A DNA stretch of 64,000 nt from Diplonema japonicum (taxonomy: Eukaryota > Protista > Euglenozoa: Diplonemea): assembly GCA_964019335.1 (NCBI GenBank), contig OZ025761.1, positions 124,001 to 188,000 on the forward strand. The letters are read 5' to 3'. The translations under genes were made by a program, and so were the position numbers. The notes below the pieces were generated by a model. That model worked only from the letters and a program-made list of their open reading frames with translations, searched no databases and was not told the origin of the DNA. Positions 10,444 to 20,070 of this stretch are shown here, piece by piece. Position 1 is the first letter of the stretch. Every line of letters begins with the position of its first letter.

Positions 10444-13128
10444 ATGCTCACCAACGACCATGAGGTGTGTCTTGTGACACTTAGAAAGGGCGGCGACCCC
10501 ATCGTAGGCGCCGTGAACATGCTGCACAAGTACGGGAGCCAGGTGAACATCTGGAGGCACAGCGAACCTGTGCCTTCCAGCGACGTTGCGACAATTAAAG
10601 TACTTGACAACAAAGCAAAGCAGTGGGTGAACAGTGTAGGAAAGTACAACTTCTACCGAAACATACAACTTGGCAGTGGCGGGCAGGGTGGGGTGTACCT
10701 CGGCAGGCATTCAGAAACCAGGACATTTGTTGCGGTAAAAGAACTCGAAGGAAAAGGGAGGGAGTGCGAGCACGAAGCCCTCGCCGCCTTCGTGAACCAC
10801 GAAAACGTCATCAAGCTGCTGACACATTCTGGGAAGATCTTCGTTCTGGAGCTTCTCGAGACAAACCTTACACAGATCCCCATCACGACCTTCCAGCACG
10901 TCTTTGACTTCACACTACAAATACTGCGCGGGCTTAAGGCCATCCACGAAAAGGGGTTAGCACATCGTGACATGAAGCCAGCAAACATTATGTACAAGGA
11001 AGGCGTGCTTAAGATATCTGACTTCGGTGCAGCCACCAACGACCTGACTGGCATTAACACCGTTATCTCCACACCGAAGTACGAGCCTCCTGAATTGGGA
11101 CCACGCATGGACCACCAGAAGGGTGATGTGTTCAGCACAGGGGTCATCATCGCCGATATGATCGCTGACTGCAAGCAGGATACGATCCCGTTTACCCTGG
11201 ACCGCCTGTGCACCCTCATGACCCAGCGCGATCCCGAAGCAAGGCCCAACGTGGGATCGGCCATCGAAATCCTGCAGCAGCAGCGCCTGTGGAAGGTCGA
11301 CGATATCATCCACGTGTACCTGCGACACACTGCCAGATGCCCTGGCGAACCGTTGGAACTAACTGGTAAGAAGCGGACAGTAGATTGCGACATGTCTGTC
11401 TGTACTGACATGGTGGAAGGAGACTACCGTGGGAGGTATTGGTTCACGCGAAATGGGTCAAACGCACCTGCGGTTCTCCTAGAATGCTCGGTGGAAGGTC
11501 CGAATAACGCTTTCACCGCTAGCAGCGTGGTCGGCACGATGAAGCTGGGGGAGAGGGTCAGCTGGGATGCAAAGAACACTGAAACGTTCGAGAAGCACTT
11601 CATGCCAGCACCGCAGAGGCTTGTCGAACAGCACAAAGAGAACAGCACCACGTACCCACGGAGGGATAAGAGAGAAGTGGAACCCAACGTTGTTTCAGCG
11701 GCCACCTTTGTCGCCTTCATCACGGAGCCCGTCAGCATTACTGAAGGCAAAGAATACAAACTATACCCCTGGGGTGCTGTGGTGCTTCTTTACGGGAGCT
11801 TGAAAGCCTCTACCACCTACGACTGTTGCTACCCCTTCAAGGAGCCGCAATTCTTATCAAAGGGACAGTTCAGCCCATTCGACCAGCTTGTCAGTACGGC
11901 ACACTCCCAACACATGTTACGAGTGCCCATGGACTTGCATGTGTACAACCCTCTGTGGTCCGAGCTGGAAAAAAGGGAATGGAAGGTTCCGCACCACAAA
12001 GCCGCAGCCCTGCTCGATCACGTGGAACGCGGGGGCACAATGAGCAACGACGGTCTCTTCGAAGGTACAGAAGCAGGTCTATGGGACACCATCGAGAAGG
12101 AGGAAGGGATGACGGAGCTCCTGTCTGACGAAAAAACAGCGCAGTTCCTCCTCCCGCACTTGGTACTGAGCGGTTTGCGCAAGGCAACGAAAAAACGCAC
12201 ACCGGGGGCAGAGAGCACACCCGATGCAATGCAGTACATGAAGAGCGTAGAGCACATAGCAAAAGGGAAGAAGCAGGGGATAGCAGCTCCGGACAAGCTC
12301 GACTATCTTAGTTGGAATACGTTGTACACAAAGGTCACGTCGCTGTGCGAGTACCTCCAAGCTCCCATTATGAACGAGATGAGAGGTGAGATGATGATGC
12401 CAACAGGACTGCCTGTACACGAGAACGACATCGAGGTAGAAACCATATGCGACGGTTGGAAGACGGTGACGGTCAGAAAAACTGGGCAAAAGATGGACTT
12501 CAGAATGGCGGAGGGGGATGTACAGAGCAGGGTGAAGAAACACGTGATGATGAGCCACTTTATCGCATACATGCAGACCGTGCTGGCGTGGCACGGGCTG
12601 GACATAGGGTTCGTGCCGAACCTTGCCGTTCCAGTTATCACAAGTGGGTTCTATTTGTTCGTACCGGTTTTGGTAGAGCAGAAGGTGCAATCTTGCGACC
12701 ATTTGCCGAATGCAGTGCACGCATTAGCTGGGCTTGCTGTGCTGGACCTGCTAGGGTTCGGGGAGTGGGGTAACTTTTTACATGTGACCTCTGACCACAG
12801 ATTGATCTTCCGTCCAGCAATCTCGGAGAACAGTGTTGAGCTCAAGTACAAGCTGCTGAAGACTGTCAACTCTCTAGAGTCGCTGCACCGTGTAAAGGCA
12901 CTCGCCTTCTTGGCGGTCAAGATACTCAGCACCTACAACATGTTCAAGAGTTACGTCAAAGCAGCCTCCGGTTCAAGCCTTGCCCTACCCCCTCACGACG
13001 CCGGCATTAAAACACAGATCTCCACCTTCATCAACAGGAGCGTCCAGGAAGCCAGCGAACGGCCCGCAGCAGCGCACAGTCCTACCAATGTAAAGAAGTC
13101 TGGGGGGTGGCTTTCCTTGTGGAACTAG
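10444..13128 (+). CDS. Ser/Thr protein kinase fused to C-terminal degenerate PI3K/PI4K-like domain
   Basis: Kinase motifs GSGGQGGVY, VAVK, HRDMKPAN, DFG. The C-terminus resembles the PIK helical and catalytic segments but lacks DRH/DFG. The ORF part upstream of ATG 10444 is poly-A/T non-coding sequence. Confidence 0.8.
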   Translation: MLTNDHEVCLVTLRKGGDPIVGAVNMLHKYGSQVNIWRHSEPVPSSDVATIKVLDNKAKQWVNSVGKYNFYRNIQLGSGGQGGVYLGRHSETRTFVAVKELEGKGRECEHEALAAFVNHENVIKLLTHSGKIFVLELLETNLTQIPITTFQHVFDFTLQILRGLKAIHEKGLAHRDMKPANIMYKEGVLKISDFGAATNDLTGINTVISTPKYEPPELGPRMDHQKGDVFSTGVIIADMIADCKQDTIPFTLDRLCTLMTQRDPEARPNVGSAIEILQQQRLWKVDDIIHVYLRHTARCPGEPLELTGKKRTVDCDMSVCTDMVEGDYRGRYWFTRNGSNAPAVLLECSVEGPNNAFTASSVVGTMKLGERVSWDAKNTETFEKHFMPAPQRLVEQHKENSTTYPRRDKREVEPNVVSAATFVAFITEPVSITEGKEYKLYPWGAVVLLYGSLKASTTYDCCYPFKEPQFLSKGQFSPFDQLVSTAHSQHMLRVPMDLHVYNPLWSELEKREWKVPHHKAAALLDHVERGGTMSNDGLFEGTEAGLWDTIEKEEGMTELLSDEKTAQFLLPHLVLSGLRKATKKRTPGAESTPDAMQYMKSVEHIAKGKKQGIAAPDKLDYLSWNTLYTKVTSLCEYLQAPIMNEMRGEMMMPTGLPVHENDIEVETICDGWKTVTVRKTGQKMDFRMAEGDVQSRVKKHVMMSHFIAYMQTVLAWHGLDIGFVPNLAVPVITSGFYLFVPVLVEQKVQSCDHLPNAVHALAGLAVLDLLGFGEWGNFLHVTSDHRLIFRPAISENSVELKYKLLKTVNSLESLHRVKALAFLAVKILSTYNMFKSYVKAASGSSLALPPHDAGIKTQISTFINRSVQEASERPAAAHSPTNVKKSGGWLSLWN

Positions 13129-13931
13129 AAAGAACTAAGAAGGAAAAATAAAGTGTTTTTTTGGGGGGGGTAAAACGGTACAAGGTACACGAGCATATAA
13201 CCCACAAGAGAGGTTGTGTGTTCCTCAAGTGAGTTACTTTTGGGTCTAGCCCGTTCTCTTTCTTTTTTTCTTTTATCTTAGGGGGCAGCAGGGATCAAGG
13301 TCTTCGGGTCTCAGGTGTGTGACGGCACCTCCCCTTACGCGAGTCAAGGTGATTAACAGAGGAAGGCAAGGGTGAACTCAAATGATGTGTTTTCCGATGC
13401 TTTTCCAGGTGGGCAGTGCAGGACCTGTTCACTCCCAAGAACCCCCCCCCCCCCCCCCCCCCCCCAAGAAATACTTCTTTTTTTTCATGTTTTAAAAAAC
13501 ATATGCACTTTTTTTCAGGGGCTCCTGGACCGTCCTCGTTATTACCCCGAGCCTCCCAGGAACCTTCTTCCCTGTGCAACTCTCTGTTCACGATGCGGTC
13601 GTCGAAATCCTGCACCGTGCGTGGCTGGGCGGTAGCGAGGGGCTCGTCATATTCACCACAAAAAAAAAAAACAAAAAAAAAAAAAAAACAGCGTCTTGTT
13701 GTCGTCCTTCGCCCAAAGTACTTTTTTGTTGTTCGCATGAGCAAAAAAGGTTTTTTAAAAAGCTGCGAAAGTTTTTTGCTCGGCACAAGTTGCATATAGT
13801 TATAAAATCATTTTTTGAAAGATAAATATTTGTAACAAAAATAATTCTTTATGTCTTTGTTGTTCGCTTCAGGACCCTCTGGGACCGCGGAACGCAGTGC
13901 CGTAACGGCGGGGCCGTGGAGGCGTCTCACA

Positions 13932-14900
13932 CTACAGGAAGTGGCCTGATCTTGCCCCCGGGTGCGTAACGCCCCGCGTGAATGGGTCTGCCTTCTGCTC
14001 GTGTGTGGAAACCCACTGGGCGTGGAGATTTGCCTGACGCTCCTCTACGAGAGTGTATATGTCAGCAATTATCTTATTTCCCATGAAGCCGAACTCCTGG
14101 TTTGGCACGCCCGCACCAGCCTCGTCGAAGTGCAGGTCCACCCCGACCTTCTCGCACCTCTGCAAAAAGCAACCGAACCTCCCGAGAGCTGCCTCGCGGC
14201 TCTGTGCTAGGACGAAGAAGTTGTCAATCCAGCACACACCCTGCTCCTCCGGCAGCAACACCGCGGTCCTCTGCGCGATAGCTGGCGCCCAACTCCACCC
14301 CATCGCCATCACGTCCATCACCACGGTGCTGAACTGAAACTCTCGCCCCGAAGAACTTCGCTACCGCGGGTGACAGCGGGAAATGGTAAAACCAACTCCT
14401 CGCATCTGCCGTCACAACATACCTTGCGCGTAGGAAGCGCTCGATCACCTCCAAGATCGGCGGCAAAAACATCTGGGGGGGTGGCTTCATCAAGAGGTTC
14501 AGCTTCCTGCCGTCCTGAACCAGACGGAGATCTCCCGACTTCTTTGGCACGGTGAACAGGGGGAGGATGACCTCCGGGTGGCGCGTCGGGAGGTGGCGAA
14601 GCATGCCCCGCGATGTGCCCCTCAAGTACCTCGGAGCCTCCATCTCTGTCAATGCCCCTTCCTTCAGCGCACCCAGCATGTTCACAGCAGATGACATCGA
14701 CGACACCGTCAAGGATCCCACGCTCGTCCAACTCTTTGAGGGCAGGGACACTGATCCTGCTTCTCGATATCGCCGCGATGTCGCCGTCTGAACCCCGCTG
14801 GGCGGGGCGAGACACCAAACAAACGCGGTTCTGCGTCATATCCAATGAAGGGATCAGCCGAGGGGAAAGTCTCGAAACCGTCCAAAGGGTCGTAGTCAGC
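13932..14900 (-). pseudogene. Frameshifted DIRS-group reverse transcriptase / RNase H
   Basis: LFTVPKKSGDLRLVQD, DARSWFYHFPL, MGWSWAP, WIDN, and RNase H end WVSTHEQKADPFTRG. Confidence 0.8.
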
Positions 14901-14947
14901 ACCCTGGCTGACCTTGGCGGAACTGCGGAAAAAAGAAAAACGGAATT

Positions 14948-15925
14948 TCACCTGAGCAAAGAAGAAGTCTTTGCAGTCGCCCTCACTGTGTGTACCTCGG
15001 CCTGGGGGAGGTACCGCATCAATGCCGTCGTCGATGAGTGACGGGAGACAGCCCTCAATTCTTCCAGCGCAGCCCCCCTGCGCATTAGCGTGTGGAGCGC
15101 GCCCCTGCGGATGGAGTGGGCCGTGAGGCCTTTCGAAGCTTTGCCCATTGCTCTGTTCACGTGGGGGTATTTCACACCTTCGAACAGGAGGTCGTCCGGC
15201 CCAGCCTCCAGCAGCGTGCGTCCGATGTAAAGTCTGGCCCTCTCCGAGACGGCCACCCCCGTCGTGATGCCCAGTCGAAAAGGGTCCGACTTGGTGTTGG
15301 ACCAGTTCACGGCGATGTGTCCCGGCATGACCGTCACGTCCTTGCACTTCAGGCGGATGACATCCGAGCACCTGGCCGCCCCATACCAGGCGAGTTCGAG
15401 GACGGTTCGAACCTTCTCGCTCGATGTCTTGCGCATTGCCCTCCGAAGCTGTATGGGAGTAGCAGGAATCGCCTGCTTCTGTGGCCGCAAAGCCCCTTGG
15501 CGCCGGAGGCTGCGTTCGAAATCTCGGAGCGCTCTGCTCTGAACGGGGCCCTGTCCATACCTGGCTTCGGCTGCCCTGATGTTCACGCAGTACTGTAGCG
15601 CCGACTGCACCTTCAGGTCGTTCAGTGTCATCAACTTGGTGACGAAAAGGATGATGGCCCAAGGAGTGGAGGGGACGTCCCAGTGCTTCCTGAACTCCAG
15701 GAAACGTCTGTAGACCGACGTGATGCTGGCCCAGTACTGCTCGCTGAGGGCGCTCCTCATGTGCCGGCCGGCTTCCCGCGAGACCTGAGCGGGAATTCGG
15801 TGACTTTCGGCCTTCCTAACAACATTGTTTGTTTGTCGAGAGGGAGAGAGAGGAAGAAAATGTGAGTTTGGATAAGGGGCGTGGGGTACGTGGGGTGCAG
15901 GGGGAGAGGCTGTCAACGCTGTCAT
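14948..15925 (-). CDS. Tyrosine recombinase
   Basis: Catalytic R-K-H-R-H-Y set: AARCSD, NTKSD, HSIRRG, SRHSS, MRYL. Confidence 0.85.
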   Translation of the reverse strand: MTALTASPPAPHVPHAPYPNSHFLPLSPSRQTNNVVRKAESHRIPAQVSREAGRHMRSALSEQYWASITSVYRRFLEFRKHWDVPSTPWAIILFVTKLMTLNDLKVQSALQYCVNIRAAEARYGQGPVQSRALRDFERSLRRQGALRPQKQAIPATPIQLRRAMRKTSSEKVRTVLELAWYGAARCSDVIRLKCKDVTVMPGHIAVNWSNTKSDPFRLGITTGVAVSERARLYIGRTLLEAGPDDLLFEGVKYPHVNRAMGKASKGLTAHSIRRGALHTLMRRGAALEELRAVSRHSSTTALMRYLPQAEVHTVRATAKTSSLLR

Positions 15926-16831
15926 TTCCTGCGCCGATCCCTCGATCCAGACCTGCCTCCTCTGCGGGATCTGCCCTCGTTCTCCCCGGACGCCCTGCCT
16001 TCCCTGCGGCTTTTGCCTCCCCTCGTTGTAGCGCTGTCCGTGAGCTTTCGCTTCCTGCGTCGACGGGTGAGCTCTTCGGCCAGGCGTTCTCCCTTTCTCA
16101 AAAAAGTAGGGACCGACTGCCCGTCGAACGCCTGCTGGATCGCGTCGGCGGCCTCCCAGTTGTCCCTGCTGCCCCTCTCTAGGGCCTGCAGGCGGACGAT
16201 GGCTCGCTCGGCGAGGCGGACAAGCGTTGAGTTTAGCTCCACCGGGTCTTGACAGCCAATGGCCATTACGATCTCCTGCAGGTCCTTGACCCGCATGCCT
16301 GCCTCCCAAGCGTGGGGCCCGACGGTCAGCTGCCTGAACTGCATGGCGATGTTGGCCACCACCATGGGGCGCTCGCCCGGCTCTAACCACGCCCACTTCG
16401 ACGGCTCTAAGGCTTGCAGACCCCATAGCGGTGGGGGAGCCTGAGTGTCGGGGTTGTCCTGTGGTGAGTCGTCGGCGCTTGGCTCGTCGCGAAAACCCTC
16501 CGAGTCCGCGGAAGACTGCGAGGCTAGGCGTCTGCGCCTTCCGTCGCGAATTCCGGGGAGGTTGACCCCAGTCGTACCCTCGGCGCTTGGCCCTCGATCA
16601 GCTCGGTCGGCTGAGAGTTCCAGCCGATGTCCCGACCCAAGGTGCGAACTCTCCACCCGGTCCCTAACCGTGGGGAGCAGCTCGGAGATAGCCCTTTGAA
16701 CGGCCTGCTCGACGAGCCGGTCGACCCTGGTTCTCTTAGGGGTCGCCTCACTCCGGCCTGGCGTCTGGCACGGAGGCGGGGAGGTGGGATCCAACCCTCT
16801 CTCCACCCGCTTTGGCAGTCTTCGGCGGCAT
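15922..16831 (-). CDS. Gag-like ORF1 of YR retroelement (one frameshift near the start)
   Basis: MPPKTAK start at 16831 continues into the 294-aa ORF 15922-16806. Its stop overlaps the YR ATG (ATGA). Confidence 0.55.
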
Positions 16832-17064
16832 TTTACTTTTTTGTTGTTCGCACGAGCAAAAAAGGTTTTTTAAAAAGCTGCGAAAGTTTTTTGCTCGGCA
16901 CAAGTTGCATATAGTTATAAAATCATTTTTTGAAAGATAACTATTTGTAACAAAAAAAAAAAAAAAAAAAAAAAAAACAACGTCTTGTTGTCGTCCTTCG
17001 CCCAAAGTACAAATGTGCAGAGGGAGGGTCACAAAAAAAAAAAAAAAAAAAAAAAGAAAGAAAC

Positions 17065-18006
17065 ATGGAAGGAACGAAAAAGGAAAAGCAGTCCTTGCTG
17101 CGAGCCGCGAAGCGCGACAGGCCGGAACCCTACAGCATGCTTCTATTCACCAGCTGTGTCGTGATGACCGTGTATCTATCGATGTTGGTGGTGAGCTTGA
17201 CGTGCCTCTATGGTGACCCTCCAAAAGATGTTTGGGCAGGGAAACGGGGCGGGACGTGCTGGGCCCCACTACCAGGCACTGCTGCACTCGTAACGGTAAC
17301 ATGGTTGCTCATGTTTTTCACAATGTGGGCCAACCCAGAGGTGAGGGCATGCGCTGTGAAACACGTTTCTGCCGAAACTTGCATCGACGAAGTGACATCC
17401 TGGAAGGCTGCCGTACCAAAGGTAGTCATGTGGGTGAAATGTTATCACGAGGCAAAGTTCCACCGCCACGGACAGGGCCATGAAGGGAACAAGGCGTACA
17501 CCCATGAAGCGATGAAAGCTGTCTTTTACGCATCCCACAAGGATGTTAGCCATGAATTCGTTCCCCCAGACCGTCCCACTATCGTGTCGTTCAAAACAGA
17601 AGTTGCGTATGAGGATGATGCAGCTAGGGTAGATATTGAAGGCCAGTACCTACGCTTTTTAAAACGAAATGAGAAGGATGTTTTTCAAGACCAAGGTGTT
17701 CAGGTGCGGCTTCACGGGTTCAAGCCTGCCATGCTGGTCATCCCGAATGTGAGCAGCTGTGTGCTGCCTAGTGCGTTTGCATTTTATGCGGTGGCTACCT
17801 TGCTTGGGATTCTGCCTGTTTGCCATCATGTTGTCATGACGAACATTGCAAAAACGGATTTCGTTCTTGTAAAAAGCCTCGCTGTTAGTCCTGTACCCAC
17901 TGCCCCTCCGAGGCGCAGCCTCCGTTCTCAAGCTCCTGCATCCCCACTTGCCAACCCTATACTTCCAATACGTGCTGAAGATAACTCAGCCTTAGATGTT
18001 TTGTGA
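17065..18006 (+). CDS. TMEM151-like membrane protein
   Basis: Two N-terminal TMs, CYH...THEA...Y..KDVS, F..RN..D and a C-terminal TM followed by F.L.K; this pattern fits the TMEM151 family. Confidence 0.65.
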   Translation: MEGTKKEKQSLLRAAKRDRPEPYSMLLFTSCVVMTVYLSMLVVSLTCLYGDPPKDVWAGKRGGTCWAPLPGTAALVTVTWLLMFFTMWANPEVRACAVKHVSAETCIDEVTSWKAAVPKVVMWVKCYHEAKFHRHGQGHEGNKAYTHEAMKAVFYASHKDVSHEFVPPDRPTIVSFKTEVAYEDDAARVDIEGQYLRFLKRNEKDVFQDQGVQVRLHGFKPAMLVIPNVSSCVLPSAFAFYAVATLLGILPVCHHVVMTNIAKTDFVLVKSLAVSPVPTAPPRRSLRSQAPASPLANPILPIRAEDNSALDVL

Positions 18007-18600
18007 TATCTTGAGCAATTCCCTCCCCCTCCCCTCTCTATTTTGTTTTTTTTTTCTCTTTTCTTTTTTCTTTCCTCCCTCTCTTTTCTACTTATATAAA
18101 AAGTAAAACCTTCAAAAAAAAAAAAGAGATAATAAAAACAGACGACCCCCCCTTCATGTTTTGTTTTTCCCCAAGTAAAAAAAAAAGGGGGAGGGGTTGG
18201 TTTCTAGCATTTTGTTTGTGCGCACGCTATATAAACTGGGATAAATACTGCACAGTGCATTAGAAAAAGAAAATGGTAGTCCTTGCAGTGGTGGTGCCAG
18301 CCGGCATGTCAGCGAACGAGGTGTTTGAGGGCATGCTCCTCTTCTTGACAACAAGGGAGCAACATTGTAGATGATCTGATACCCTCCGTGTCATTGGCCA
18401 GGCGATGTGGCCCTCAAGGGGCACGTGCGGAGAGAGGTCGGGTGCCTCCTGTGGCTGACTGGCAACGTGAGCAGCGGAGTTGCAAGCCGCAACCGGGAAC
18501 ATGCCCCGCCCGCTCCCCGTCCCCCAAAATAAGAGACCCTCAGCAGTGTTTAGCAACGCTATCACAGGAACAGCTCTTTGTCTATAAGAAAATAAAAAAA

Positions 18601-19640
18601 ATGAGCCTGACAGTGTTCATCAAGATGGGGAACAAGGAGACGCACGAGGTGGAACTAGTAAGCTATGACACTGTGAAGGACCTGTACAGGAAGGCGGGGG
18701 AGGCTGCTGGAGTAGAGGTGGGAACCTTCCTCTTGCACTTCGAAGGTGAAGAACTGGACGAGACTCTCGGTGGGAATGAGATACAGCACCTTGGGATGTG
18801 GGAGGGGTGCGAGCTCCTTCTCTGCTGCAATGTCCGCAACACGATGTGTGTCCTTTCACAGGAGCTGTCTTCAGAAGAGACAAGGAAGGCAATAGAACGG
18901 CGTTTGGAGGAGGACCCTGACCTTCTTCTTCAGGTAGATGCATCGGGTGTGAGCCGTCTTCGGCTTCACGAAGAGGACTTCCCTTTTGGCCTTCGTCACC
19001 TCCGAGTGACGGACCCTGGGCAGTGTGTGACCTCCATTGGGGATGGCTTCTTACGGACATGCGAGTCCCTTGTCACCCTTGACATCACCTCCCTTCAGGG
19101 TGTCCGGGAGGTGGGATGTGAGTACCTTAACCGTTGCAGGGCCTTGCAGGCTGTTGATCTTACCCCCTTTCGCAACATCACAAAGATTGAATATAATTTC
19201 CTCGCTGACTGCGGATCTCTGAGGTTGATCTGGGACCCCTTCAGAACGTGACGGAGGTGGGTTGTAATTTCATGTTTAATTGCAAGTCACTGCAGACACT
19301 TGATGTGGGCCCCCTTCGAAATGTCACGGTGATCGGTGGCTGTTTCCTCAACTCCTGCAGTTCCCTCACTTCTCTAGATCTTGGCCTTCGTGACGTAACG
19401 GCGGTGGGAGACTGGTTTCTCTGCAACTGCACCTCCCTCACATTTGTGGATCTCAGCGCGATGCGGAAGCTGCAAATGATGGGGCATGGTTTCCTCTCAT
19501 ACTGCTGTTCTCTGACCACCGTTGACTTCGGTACCCTGAGGGAGAGGCTGACATCTGTCGGGCTTGACTACATGGTTGGCTGCCACAAGGTACCTTATAT
19601 GAAACGCAAGCGGCCAGGGACACGCTGTGCTGTGTGTTGA
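18601..19640 (+). pseudogene. UBL-LRR-CaaX paralogue with one frameshift (~19222)
   Basis: N-terminus near-identical to 8536; continues in ORF 19248-19640 ending GTRCAVC*. The frameshift may be a sequencing error. Confidence 0.75.
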
Positions 19641-20070
19641 GCCCCCCCCGAAAAATGACACAAAAAAGTGCTAATTTATTTCCTCCCAAAAAATAGACTA
19701 CGCATAACCCTGTAAAAATGTCTTCCTGTCGGGAGAGTACCCTACTTTTGTCTAAGGCACTTGAAACCAATCTTAGACCGTTGTAAAGAATATGCTCCCA
19801 CACACGGTTTAAGTGGGACAAACTGTGTGTATTTTTGACTTATGTGGTGCTCAAGCTTAGACGACACAAAGTGCGCTATATTTTATAAGTACATATACAA
19901 TCAATTGAAAGAAAAAGAACGCATACCAAAAGTGTTGTTAAATTACTGGAAGCCTCACAGGAGGGGCTTATTTATTGAAGTCATTACTAGTTGGCCAGGG
20001 AAGACAAGTTGTTCTGTTTGCTGAGCCTTTTTTTCCTTTCTGAGATTTCTTTCCGCACTCACAACAGGCA

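Larger units (their letters stand above)
13719..16952 (-). mobile_element. Tyrosine-recombinase retrotransposon, VIPER/TATE-like (gag-like ORF, YR, RT/RNase H)
   Basis: Minus-strand order is ORF1, YR, RT/RH, with terminal direct repeats at 13719-13837 and 16834-16952. Confidence 0.85.

Noticed and set aside
13295-13660. Minus-strand ORF between the kinase and the YR element
   Set aside because: Built from repeat and homopolymer sequence; no recognisable domain.
19200-19260. Programmed frameshifting in LRR paralogues
   Set aside because: Shift positions and sequences differ between copies and there is no slippery motif; decay or read errors are simpler explanations.
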